Shown piece after piece: positions 32,564-43,854 of a stretch of DNA of 54,649 bases (the stretch's first letter is position 1; the number at the start of each line of letters is the position of its first letter). Origin of the DNA: Gemmatimonadota bacterium (GTDB taxonomy: Bacteria > Gemmatimonadota > Gemmatimonadetes > Palauibacterales > Palauibacteraceae); NCBI GenBank assembly GCA_039590175.1, contig JBDHFW010000001.1, positions 1 to 54,649 on the forward strand, read 5' to 3'. A program made the position numbers and the translations under genes. A model generated the notes under the pieces. That model searched no databases, had not been told where the DNA came from, and saw only the letters and a program-made list of their open reading frames with translations.

Positions 32564-35241
32564 CAGCCGCCTGTCCCTGCTTTTACCCGTGACTTCGGGA
32601 CGGACGGCGCGGCGGCCGGAGCGTCGCTCATGGGTAGATCGAAGCGACGCTTGCCGTCGAAGGCGTGGAGGGCGCCGGCCACCGCCCCCGCCGTCGGCAC
32701 GAGGCCGATCTCGCCCACGCCTTTCGAGCCGTAGCCCCCCACCTCATCGGGGACCTCTATGAGGATGACGTCGATCGGCGGCGTGTCCTTCGCCTTCAGA
32801 ATGCCCAGGTCCCGGAGCAACAACGAATCGGGCCGGCCATCCGTGCACGGGAGATCTTCAGAGAGCGCGTAACCCAGTCCCATGTGCACGGAGCCTTCGA
32901 TCTGGTTGGCGCAGAGCAGGGGATTGATTGCCCGTCCCACGTCATGGGCGGCGACCACGCGCTCCAGCCGTCCGTCCTCATCCAGGATGACCACCTGGGT
33001 CGCGTAGCTGAAGGTCATGTGGGTCACCGGGTCCCCGTTCGCCTCGCCGGGCTTCGTGGTGAAATCGCAGATGTACTCGCCGTGGTACTCCTTCCCGACG
33101 AACTCGTCCAGCGGAGCGCAGGCGAGGTCATCGGCGAGATCTCGTGCCGCGATCTGTCCGGCCGCGGTCAGGAGCGCCGTGGCGCGGGAGGCGGTGGTCA
33201 TCCCGCACAGCACCCTGGGATCGCTCGTCGTTCTCACCGTCATCAGCTCCGGATCAAGACCGGTCTCATGTGCGACGACCTGGCGGAGGATCGTGTATAG
33301 ACCCTGGCCCATCTCCGTGTATCCGGTCAGGACCTCGATCCGCTCGCCCTCCAGAACGCGAAGCAGCAGGCGGCCGCTGTCATCCATCCCGTTGCCGATC
33401 CCGGTGTTCTTGATGCCGCAGCCGATGCCTGCGAAGCGGGCGTTCTTGTAGACGTCTCGCACCACCTCCAGCGTCTGACGGATGCCGCAGCTCTCGGTCA
33501 TCAGCTGGCCGGTGGCGAAGGGGTCTCCGGGTTCGAGGATGTTGCGATCCCTAATGTCGTAGCCGTCGAGCCCGACCCGTTCCGCCAGAAGATCCATGAT
33601 CCCTTCGATCGCGAAGGACGCCTGGTTGGCGCCGAAGCCGCGCATCGCACCGCAGGGTGGATTGTTCGTGTAGACCGTCTTCGCCTCGACGTCGACGTTG
33701 GGCACCCGGTACGGTCCGCAGGAATGCCCGGCCGCGCGCTCCAGCACCTTCATCCCGACCGAGGCGTAGGCGCCCGTGTCGCCGACGATTCTCGCCCGAA
33801 CCGCCGTGAGTCGTCCCTCCGTGTCGGCACCCACCGTGTAGGCGAGCGAGATCGGATGCCTCTTCGGGTGCATGCGGATGGACTGTTCTCGAGTGAGCAC
33901 CGTCCGTACGGGCCGGCCTGTCAGACGAGCGGCCAGGGCGGTCTGGGCCTGGACGGAGAGATCCTCCTTGCCTCCGAACGCCCCGCCGTTGGCGACGAGC
34001 TCGACGTTGACCGCGTCCGGCTCCAGACCGAGCACGGCGGCGATCTGGGCCTGGTCGTCGTGCACGCCCTGACCCTGCGTGTAGACCCTGAACTTGTCTC
34101 CGTCCAGAGGCTCTGCGAGACAGGCCTCCGGCTCGAGGAAGGCGTGCTCGATCCTCTGCGTCGCGAAAGTCTGTTCCACGACGTGAGCCGAGTCGGCCAG
34201 CGCGGCACTTACGTCGCCGCGTGAGAAGGCGCACACCTCCAGGAGGTTGCCGCCCTCGTGGACCCTGGGGGCATCGTCGGCTAGTGCGGCGAACGGATCC
34301 CCCACCGGCGGGAGCACCTCGTACTCGATGGCGGCCTCCAGCGCCTCCGCCGCCTTGCGCGCCCGAAACGGCGTGTCGGCCAGAACGAGAGCCAGAACAT
34401 CTCCGACGCAGCGTGTGATCTCGCCCTCGGCCACGAAGACGGGCCAGTCCGGCCGGATCAGACCCACGTTGCGCTCGCCTGGAACGTCCTCCGCGGTGAC
34501 TACCCGTTCCACGCCGGGGCGCGCCAGCTCCTCCTCCGCGTCGATTTGCAGCACGCGCGCCCGAGGGTGTTGGCTGAGAGCCACCGCTCCATGCAGCATG
34601 CCGTCTCGGACCATGTCTGCAACGTAGGATTTATCGCCCAGGGTGTAGTCCTCGCCTCGAAACCGCGCGCTGCTGCCGCCTACGCCGTCCTGTGCCTGTG
34701 GGGAGGAACGCGAGAGTCCGAACTCCTCTCCGAAGAAGAAGGGTCGTCTGGGCGTTCCATCCGCCAGCTCGCCGCCGCTCTGCCACGCTTCGCCGGCGGT
34801 ACGGATGGCGTCGATGATCCGCTGGAAGCCCGTGCAGCGGCAGAGGTGGCCAGAGATAGCCCGGCTGACAGCCTCCCGGTCATCCGTGCCCTGGTGGTCG
34901 AGGAGGGAGCAGGTTCGAACCGCCAGTCCAGGCGTGCAGTAGCCGCACTGGAGTCCGCCCTCCCGGACGAAGGCCTCGGCTACCAGACGGCGCTGCTCTT
35001 CAGGGATGCCCTCGAGCGTCGTAACGGATTTCCCGTCCACCGTATCGGGCTTCCTCAGACAGGAGAGAACCGCTCGGCCTTCGAGGAGGATGGCGCAACA
35101 GCCGCAGTAGCCCTGAGGCGCACAGCCGTCCTTCGGGGACGTCACGCCGCAAACGTCACGCAGCACCTCGAGGAAGGTCATGCCCTCCTCGTACTCGGCC
35201 ACCATCTCTCGGCCGTTCAACACGAAATTCAGCTGCGGCAT
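32563..35241 (-). CDS. Molybdenum hydroxylase (xanthine-dehydrogenase family) with fused N-terminal 2x[2Fe-2S] domain; first gene of the operon
   Basis: Fe-S motifs CAPQGYCGCC...SC, CGYCTPG and CRCTG. Mo-pterin domain motifs GGAFGGKE, GAMRGFG and GVGEIGLVPTAGAVAGAL. 892 aa from the internal ATG, with GGGGTGGGGAG immediately upstream. Confidence 0.85.
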   Translation of the reverse strand: MPQLNFVLNGREMVAEYEEGMTFLEVLRDVCGVTSPKDGCAPQGYCGCCAILLEGRAVLSCLRKPDTVDGKSVTTLEGIPEEQRRLVAEAFVREGGLQCGYCTPGLAVRTCSLLDHQGTDDREAVSRAISGHLCRCTGFQRIIDAIRTAGEAWQSGGELADGTPRRPFFFGEEFGLSRSSPQAQDGVGGSSARFRGEDYTLGDKSYVADMVRDGMLHGAVALSQHPRARVLQIDAEEELARPGVERVVTAEDVPGERNVGLIRPDWPVFVAEGEITRCVGDVLALVLADTPFRARKAAEALEAAIEYEVLPPVGDPFAALADDAPRVHEGGNLLEVCAFSRGDVSAALADSAHVVEQTFATQRIEHAFLEPEACLAEPLDGDKFRVYTQGQGVHDDQAQIAAVLGLEPDAVNVELVANGGAFGGKEDLSVQAQTALAARLTGRPVRTVLTREQSIRMHPKRHPISLAYTVGADTEGRLTAVRARIVGDTGAYASVGMKVLERAAGHSCGPYRVPNVDVEAKTVYTNNPPCGAMRGFGANQASFAIEGIMDLLAERVGLDGYDIRDRNILEPGDPFATGQLMTESCGIRQTLEVVRDVYKNARFAGIGCGIKNTGIGNGMDDSGRLLLRVLEGERIEVLTGYTEMGQGLYTILRQVVAHETGLDPELMTVRTTSDPRVLCGMTTASRATALLTAAGQIAARDLADDLACAPLDEFVGKEYHGEYICDFTTKPGEANGDPVTHMTFSYATQVVILDEDGRLERVVAAHDVGRAINPLLCANQIEGSVHMGLGYALSEDLPCTDGRPDSLLLRDLGILKAKDTPPIDVILIEVPDEVGGYGSKGVGEIGLVPTAGAVAGALHAFDGKRRFDLPMSDAPAAAPSVPKSRVKAGTGG

Positions 35242-35434
35242 CTCCCCACCCCTTTCGGTGCCGGTCTCGCTCTCCGGCAAAAAATGGGTGCCGGGGCCCT
35301 CTCTTGTCACGTCGGGACGCGTGAGGGCGTCCCCCTGGGACCACGGCCACATTCAGCGCACAGGTAGTGCGACCTCGGCCGAAGGTAGGCTATTGTGCCG
35401 CTCGAATCCCCGCTCATTCCCACGGAGGCATCCG

Positions 35435-36577
35435 ATGTCCGGGCTTCACAAACTGCCGGTTTCGTTGGTCATGGCCCTTTCAGCTCTTGCCATGACGGCG
35501 TCCCTTCTCTCCGCCCAGACGTCTCAGGGGACCGGGCAGGATGGGCAAGGGGACGCGACCGCCACTGGGGGTAGGCGCGTCCACGAGGTCGGTTCGACAG
35601 CGCCGGCCGACTCGTCCGAGGCCACCGGCGAAGATGCCGACAGCGCGCCAGAACAGGAGATCGTTCAAGACCGGAAGCTACCGATTCTGGACGGGCACCG
35701 GTTCATCCCGACCTCCACCGTGCCGGATCCCTTCATCACCACCTATCTGCGCAGCAACACCGGCTTCGGGTTTCTGCTGGACGCCAACATCCCGGTCCTG
35801 ACGCAGGCGGATACGGTCGCGGTCCTGCAGGGCGACATCGCCTTCGCCGTGCTGGGCTTCGAGTACCAGCAGGCGATCGTGGACTTCCTCGCCCTGCGGA
35901 TCGGCTTCGGGGGCGCGATACGAACCGGAACGAACGGGGAGACGCTGATCGCCGAGGGGCTGAACGCCAGCTACTCGTTCGGAGTCGGCGTGACGGGCCG
36001 CGTCTTTCACACGGAGGATTTCCTCCTCTCCGTCGCCGCGGACTACGAGAGCAACAAGATCATCGGGGTGGACCCGTTCGGTTTCGCGCAGCGCGTCGCG
36101 GAGGAGTGCGGGGGTTTGCCGGAGGAGGACGTTGCCCAATGCATCCTGGATACGGATGATACGCTCCTTCTATCCGGCAGGGTCAGTGCGATCACAGGCG
36201 GAGCGCGCGCCGCTTGGAGCCCGATCGAATGGTTCGGATTGCGGGGCAGGGTCGAGCTCGGTGGGGGCGACGTGTCGGATGTGGAGTCGGACCTCGGCGC
36301 ATTCATCCTCAATCTGGGCGTGCTGGCGGACTTCGACCTTCTCGAGGTGACGCCCGTGCCGCTGGGGTTCATGCTGGGCTTCGACGGACAGATCTTCGGC
36401 GGCCGTGGTTCTGACCTCGCCGAGGGTGCCAGGCGGATCAACGCCGGGCTCTTCTACACGGGCCGAAAGGAGTTCAGCGTCGGCGTGGAGGGAATCTTCG
36501 GCAAGGTCGCGCTCTCACAATCGGACGAGAGCGTCGACAGCATCACCATCAACCTTCGTCTCCGCTATTTCTTCTAA
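35435..36577 (+). CDS. Outer-membrane beta-barrel protein (hypothetical)
   Basis: GGAGG lies 6 nt upstream of the ATG. Signal peptide ...MTASLLSAQ, a low-complexity linker, then amphipathic strands. The C-terminus ...NLRLRYFF ends in Phe. Confidence 0.6.
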   Translation: MSGLHKLPVSLVMALSALAMTASLLSAQTSQGTGQDGQGDATATGGRRVHEVGSTAPADSSEATGEDADSAPEQEIVQDRKLPILDGHRFIPTSTVPDPFITTYLRSNTGFGFLLDANIPVLTQADTVAVLQGDIAFAVLGFEYQQAIVDFLALRIGFGGAIRTGTNGETLIAEGLNASYSFGVGVTGRVFHTEDFLLSVAADYESNKIIGVDPFGFAQRVAEECGGLPEEDVAQCILDTDDTLLLSGRVSAITGGARAAWSPIEWFGLRGRVELGGGDVSDVESDLGAFILNLGVLADFDLLEVTPVPLGFMLGFDGQIFGGRGSDLAEGARRINAGLFYTGRKEFSVGVEGIFGKVALSQSDESVDSITINLRLRYFF

Positions 36578-36633
36578 AGTCAATGGTCGTAACTATAACT
36601 GACTCTGGCAACTCGTCGGCGCCAAGCCGATGA

Positions 36634-36921
36634 ACAGCGCACAAAGCCCGACGGAGACTTCTCGGCGTAGGATGCCCTCAGCTGTCGACGCTCGTCCTGC
36701 TCGCGTTCGGGTCGGGCATCGCCGTCGGGCTCCTCTTCGGCGAGGGCGTGGCTTTTCTCCCTCCGATCGGGAGCGCCTACGTCGGGCTCCTCCAGATGAC
36801 GGTGCTCCCGTACATCGTGCTCTCGATCGTCCCGGGACTGGGTCGGCTCGCGCGAGCCGCGGTGGTCGATCATCCGCAACGTGCTCGGCTGGATGCAATA
36901 GCGGCGTGGCCCGGTCCTTGA
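36634..36921 (+). pseudogene. 5' remnant of a dicarboxylate/amino-acid:cation symporter (DAACS, GltP-like) gene
   Basis: An unlisted frame reads LSTLVLLAFGSGIAVGLLFGEGVAFLPPIGSAYVGLLQMTVLPYIVLSIVPGLGRL. This matches the DAACS N-terminal pattern G-x2-[FY]-x2-L-[IL]-[KQ]-M-x-V-x-P-x-[IV]-x-S-x-V-x-G. There is no canonical start, the stop comes after about 95 codons, and the remaining approximately 350 aa are absent. Confidence 0.5.
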
Positions 36922-37007
36922 AGCAGCGGGGACGGACCGGTGGTTGAAACACTTGGCTCCATCGAGCGTACGAGCGCCGGCAAGACCGCTGCCAAAGGAG
37001 GGCATGA

Positions 37008-37679
37008 GTGGATCATACGGACCGTTTGACGCTTGGGAGGATGCAAAACCCGGTTCGGGGCATCCTGCATGGTGCCGCCGCGGTTTCATTCGCGGCCGGG
37101 GCCGTGCTCCTATGGCTCCGCGCCGACCCCCACACGTCACGCCAGGTCGCCCTCCTCATCTTCGCTCTCAGCCTGATCTTCCTCTACACGGTGAGCACCC
37201 TCTACCACTCGGTTCCGTGGCAAAAGGTGTGGAAGCACAGGATGCAGAGGCTCGATCACGCGATGATATTCGTGCTGGTGGCCGGGACCTATACGCCGTT
37301 CGCGCTGATCGTCCTGGATGGAAAGTGGAGGGTCGCGACGCTCGCGATCGCCTGGGGGATCACCGCGATCGGGATCTCGCAGAAGGCCTTCTTCCCCCGC
37401 CTTGGCAATTGGTTCTCGATCACCTTGCAGGTTTTTCAGGGTTGGATGGGCCTGTTCCTCGTGATACCGCTCGCCGGTGAGCTGCCTGACGGGGCGATTC
37501 TCCTTCTGGCCATCGGTGGCCTTCTCTACACGACCGGGTCGCTCTTCCTGGCCGTAAAGCCGCGCCTCTGGCACCGGGTGTTCTCCTACCACGAGGCGTT
37601 CCACCTTTTCGTCGTCGCCGGGAGCCTCACCCACTACGGCATGACCTTCTGGTATTTGGCCGGCATTCCAGCGGCGTAG
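37008..37679 (+). CDS. Hemolysin-III / PAQR family membrane protein
   Basis: Seven TM segments. Motifs STLYHS, RLDHAMIFVLVAGTYTPF and YHEAFHLFVVAGSLTHY. Confidence 0.8.
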   Translation: MDHTDRLTLGRMQNPVRGILHGAAAVSFAAGAVLLWLRADPHTSRQVALLIFALSLIFLYTVSTLYHSVPWQKVWKHRMQRLDHAMIFVLVAGTYTPFALIVLDGKWRVATLAIAWGITAIGISQKAFFPRLGNWFSITLQVFQGWMGLFLVIPLAGELPDGAILLLAIGGLLYTTGSLFLAVKPRLWHRVFSYHEAFHLFVVAGSLTHYGMTFWYLAGIPAA

Positions 37680-37727
37680 CACCGCCTCTCCTTGCCAAAG
37701 CCTTAGCCACTCCTTCACTTGCTGGCG

Positions 37728-39884
37728 ATGACCACCGCCGAGACGAGGATTCCGTACCTGCCCGAGAGGATCGAGGGGCTGCGTGAGCTCGCCATGAACC
37801 TCTCGTGGCGCTGGCACCGGCCCGCATGGCGGCTCTTCGAGCAAATCGATCCGGCGCTGTGGGCGGCCAGTCGCAACAACCCGATCGATCTCCTGCGCAA
37901 AACAGATCCGGCTCGTCTGGCCGAGTGTGCCAACGATCCGGAGTTTATCGAGCTGTATCGGGCGGCGCTCGAGGACTTTCGGCGCGAGCTCTCTTCCGAA
38001 GCCTCCTGGTTCGCGGAGCGGTTTCCCAACCTGAACGGTGGACCGGTCGCATACTTCTGCGCCGAGTTCGGTGTTCACAGCTCGGTCCCCATCTACTCCG
38101 GCGGTCTCGGGGCTCTCGCCGGAGATCAATGCAAGGCGGCTTCGGACCTGGGTGTGCCGTTGATCGCCGTAGGCCTCCTCTACGCGAAGGGATACTTCGA
38201 TCAGATCATCACGCTCGATGGCTGGCAGGAGGACTCCGACGAGACCTTCGATCTGGCTTCCACCCCTCTGACCCGGGTGCTCGGGCCCGATGGCACCGTG
38301 CCTCTTGCCACAGTGACCACCTCGGGCAGAGAGGTCCACATCGCCGCCTGGAAGCTGGTGGTCGGCAAGATCCCGATCTACCTCCTGGACACTCGCCTGG
38401 AGGAGAACGATCCGGCGGATCGGGACCTGACGAGCAAGTTGTACGGCGAGGGGATGGAGCTTCGCCTCAAGCAGGAGTGGATCCTCGGCGTCGGCGGGGT
38501 CCGTGTCCTTCGGACCCTCGACATCGATCCCGGAGCGTGGCACGCCAACGAGGGCCACGCGACGTTCATGCTCCTCGAGCGGCTCCGGGAGCTCCAGGCG
38601 GCCGGGGTGGACCTGGACGAAGGCATTCGTCAGGTGCGGGCCCGAAGCATCTTCACCACGCACACCCCGGTCCCGGCCGGCCACGACACGTTCTCCTCCG
38701 ATCTGATCGCGAGCTGCACGGGGCATTACTGGGAGCAGCTCGGCGTGGACCGCGACGCGTTCCTGCAGCTCGGCTTCCACCCGGAGACCAACCACGAGTC
38801 TTTCCACATGACGGCCGCCGCCATCCGTCTGTCGGGCCGCGTGAACGCCGTGTCCAAGAGACACGGGCAGGAAACGAGGTTTATGTGGCGGAAGCTCTGG
38901 CCGGGCCGGGATCCCTCCGCGGTTCCGATCGGCGAGATCACGAACGGCGTCCACCTGTCGAGCTGGATGTCCCATTCGGTGATGGATCTCCTGGACGAGT
39001 GCCTCGGTGAGGACTGGCAAGTGCGAGGGGACGATCCGGAGCTCTGGGACAGGGTGCTCGAGCTGGATGACGAGCGGCTGTGGCGGGCCCACCTGGAGCT
39101 CAAGGACCGGCTCCTGAGCTTCAGCCGGGAGTACGCCCGCCAGCGCTGGCGGGATCTCTGGAGCGAGGCGGTTCACCTCGTGGGGGCCGGCACGCTGCTG
39201 AGTCCGGAGCCCCTGACCATCGGCTTCGCGCGTCGCTTCGCCACCTATAAGCGGGCCGATCTCCTGTTTCACGATGAGGATCGACTGCAGCGTCTGCTCA
39301 CCGACGCGCGCCACCCGGTGCAGATCATCTTCGCCGGGAAGGCACACCCGGCGGATGAGCCGGCCAAGGAGATCCTCCAGCGGGTGTACTCCTTCACCCG
39401 AGATCCCCGCTTCGAGGGTCGCGTCGCCTTCCTGGAGGACTACGATCTGCTGGTCGCTGCCCGGCTCGTCAGGGGGGTCGATCTGTGGCTCAACCTCCCG
39501 CGGCCGCCGCTCGAAGCGTCCGGAACCAGCGGGATGAAGGCGGCCTTGAATGCGGTGCCCCAGCTGGGCACGCTGGATGGATGGTGGGCGGAGGGGTTCG
39601 AAGGCGAGAACGGCTGGGCGCTCCCGCTCGCCGAGCCCGGAGCGGACGAGGACGCCGATGACCTCGCGGCGCTGTTCGAGCTTCTGGAGCGAGAGGTAGT
39701 GCCCCTGTATTACGATCGGGACGAGAGCGGTCTCCCGACGGGGTGGATCCGCAAGATGAAGCATGCGCTTCGTGTCGCCGGAGCCCGCTTCACCACGAAC
39801 CGCATGGTTCAGCAGTATGCCCTCGATTACTACGCGCCGGCCCTGCGGGGGGAGCTGAACGGGGACGATCGGCCGACAGGCTAG
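37728..39884 (+). CDS. glgP: Alpha-glucan phosphorylase (GT35, short bacterial/archaeal type)
   Basis: VAYFCAEFG...YSGGLGALAGD and EASGTSGMKAALNAVPQLGTLDGWW (pyridoxal-lysine region). ATG 37728 chosen; TTG 37719 is possible. Confidence 0.85.
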   Translation: MTTAETRIPYLPERIEGLRELAMNLSWRWHRPAWRLFEQIDPALWAASRNNPIDLLRKTDPARLAECANDPEFIELYRAALEDFRRELSSEASWFAERFPNLNGGPVAYFCAEFGVHSSVPIYSGGLGALAGDQCKAASDLGVPLIAVGLLYAKGYFDQIITLDGWQEDSDETFDLASTPLTRVLGPDGTVPLATVTTSGREVHIAAWKLVVGKIPIYLLDTRLEENDPADRDLTSKLYGEGMELRLKQEWILGVGGVRVLRTLDIDPGAWHANEGHATFMLLERLRELQAAGVDLDEGIRQVRARSIFTTHTPVPAGHDTFSSDLIASCTGHYWEQLGVDRDAFLQLGFHPETNHESFHMTAAAIRLSGRVNAVSKRHGQETRFMWRKLWPGRDPSAVPIGEITNGVHLSSWMSHSVMDLLDECLGEDWQVRGDDPELWDRVLELDDERLWRAHLELKDRLLSFSREYARQRWRDLWSEAVHLVGAGTLLSPEPLTIGFARRFATYKRADLLFHDEDRLQRLLTDARHPVQIIFAGKAHPADEPAKEILQRVYSFTRDPRFEGRVAFLEDYDLLVAARLVRGVDLWLNLPRPPLEASGTSGMKAALNAVPQLGTLDGWWAEGFEGENGWALPLAEPGADEDADDLAALFELLEREVVPLYYDRDESGLPTGWIRKMKHALRVAGARFTTNRMVQQYALDYYAPALRGELNGDDRPTG

Positions 39885-39908
39885 GGTTTGCCGCCCGAAA
39901 GGCCGGGG

Positions 39909-42173
<2,265 letters not shown>

Positions 42174-42196
42174 GACCTGTTCGGAAACGCGCGTTC

Positions 42197-43666
42197 ATGA
42201 GCTCATACGCCGTCGTTCATCTCGTCGCCGAGTACTGGCCGTTCGCCCAAACCGGCGGGCTGGCCGATGCCGCTCGCGGGATGGCTCACTACCAGGGCGA
42301 AGCAGGTATCCCGAGCATAACGCTTCTCCCGCTCTACCGCGCCGTCACCGAGCGCTATCCGGACGTGTCTCCGTGTGGGGAGCCATTCACGGTCTCGATT
42401 TCGGACCGTGTCGAAGAGGTGCGGCTCCACCAGCCCGACTTCGAGCCGGACAGGTTCGCCGGCGGCCACTCGCGCACGTTCTTCATCGAGAACGAGCACT
42501 ATTTCGACCGGGTCGGCATCTATGGAGACGCGCGTGGCGACTTTGCGGACAACCACCGCCGCTTCGCGCTCTTCTGTCGGGCGGCTCTCCAGGCGCTTCC
42601 GGAGATCACCTCGGGCCGTGTGCTGCTTCATGCCCACGATTGGCACACGGCGTGGGCGCCAGTCTACCTGAGAACGCTGCTGTCCGGCCAGAGCTACTAC
42701 GACGCCATTCCCACCGTCATCACGGTCCACAACGCAGGCTATCAGGGGCACGTCCCCTTCAGCGTTCTGGCGGATGTCGGCCTGCCCGACGAGCTCTTCG
42801 ACTTCGATCGCATGGAATGGTACGGCCAGGTCAACGTTCTGAAAGGAGGACTCGTCTTCTCGGACATGGCCACGACGGTCAGCTCCGGACATGCTCACGA
42901 GCTCCGCACGAGGGCGGGCGGCTTCGGTCTCGATGACACGTTTATCGCTCTTCAGGACCGGTTCGTCGGCATCGTTAACGGTATCGACGACCAGATTTGG
43001 GATCCGAGCACCGACACCGACATCGAGGCGAACTACGGTCGGGATGATCTCTCGGGCAAGGCCGAATGCAAGGCCTGGCTTCAGCAGGCCTGTGGTTTCG
43101 AGGTCGATCCCCGAATCCCGCTCGTGGCCATGGTGGCGCGCATGGTGCAGCAGAAGGGGCTGGACCTCGTCCTGACGGCGAATCTGCTCGGTGCCACCGA
43201 TGCCCAGTACCTCTTCCTCGGCTCCGGGGAGAGCCGCTACGAGGAGGCGTTGGGGGCGTTGGTGGCCAGGGCGCCGAATCGGATCGCGACGTACTTCGAC
43301 TTCACTCACGCACGCGAGCGGCAGGTGCTGGCCGGGGCCGATGTGCTGCTCATGCCGTCGCTCTACGAGCCCTGCGGCCTGACACAGATGCGGGCGCTGC
43401 GCTACGGCACGTTGCCGGTGGCCCGGAGGGTCGGCGGGCTGGCGGACACGATCGAGGACCAGGTGACGGGCTTCCTGTTCGATTCTTTCGAACCGGCGGC
43501 GCTCGAGCGGGGGCTCAAGAGGGCGTTCGGTCTGTTCGACGATTCGAATACGTGGCGGCGCCACGTGCGAGAGGCGATGGCGCGGGATTTCAGCTGGCAC
43601 CGATCGGTGGAGCGGTACCTGGAGGTGTACGAGACTGCCTTCGAGCGACGAGCTGGCTCGGTCTGA
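42197..43666 (+). CDS. glgA: Glycogen synthase (ADP-glucose type, GT5)
   Basis: N-terminal VHLVAEYWPFAQTGGLADA (KTGGL-type motif), HAHDWHTA, and C-terminal PSLYEPCGLTQMRALRYGTLPVARRVGGLADT. Confidence 0.9.
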   Translation: MSSYAVVHLVAEYWPFAQTGGLADAARGMAHYQGEAGIPSITLLPLYRAVTERYPDVSPCGEPFTVSISDRVEEVRLHQPDFEPDRFAGGHSRTFFIENEHYFDRVGIYGDARGDFADNHRRFALFCRAALQALPEITSGRVLLHAHDWHTAWAPVYLRTLLSGQSYYDAIPTVITVHNAGYQGHVPFSVLADVGLPDELFDFDRMEWYGQVNVLKGGLVFSDMATTVSSGHAHELRTRAGGFGLDDTFIALQDRFVGIVNGIDDQIWDPSTDTDIEANYGRDDLSGKAECKAWLQQACGFEVDPRIPLVAMVARMVQQKGLDLVLTANLLGATDAQYLFLGSGESRYEEALGALVARAPNRIATYFDFTHARERQVLAGADVLLMPSLYEPCGLTQMRALRYGTLPVARRVGGLADTIEDQVTGFLFDSFEPAALERGLKRAFGLFDDSNTWRRHVREAMARDFSWHRSVERYLEVYETAFERRAGSV

Positions 43667-43854
43667 CAGCTGCGCCCACGACGCGGCGTGGATGGGAGAG
43701 TGAGCTCCGCGCCGTCTGTCAGGCAATCTCCCACCCGCGAGCGCGAAGATCTCCCCCTAGGCGATTCCAGCCGAACTGAGTAGCCTGAAGCATGCCGGTT
43801 GTGTAGCCCGACGCCGACCGCTTGATCGGACTCCGAGATGCCGAGGAGGCAGCC

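Noticed and set aside
35274-35294. A sigma-54-like element upstream of the Mo-hydroxylase operon. On the minus strand it reads CCGGCACCCATTTTTTGCCGG (GGCAC ... TTGC). The idea was attractive because the E. coli cluster has a sigma-54 activator.
   Set aside because: The GG-to-GC spacing is 12 nt instead of the invariant 10, and the sequence is also a simple 6-bp-stem hairpin (CCGGCA/TGCCGG). No activator gene lies nearby. It is kept only as a hairpin of unknown role.
37137-39764. An 875-aa minus-strand ORF.
   Set aside because: It is antisense to glgP and hlyIII, which carry unmistakable family motifs. The composition is typical of a high-GC shadow ORF. The same reasoning rejects 42203..43726 (anti-glgA), 46997..48496 (anti-crtI), 52907..54286 (anti-OMP), 17824..19173 (anti-sulfatase), 6867..8357 and 2413..3492.
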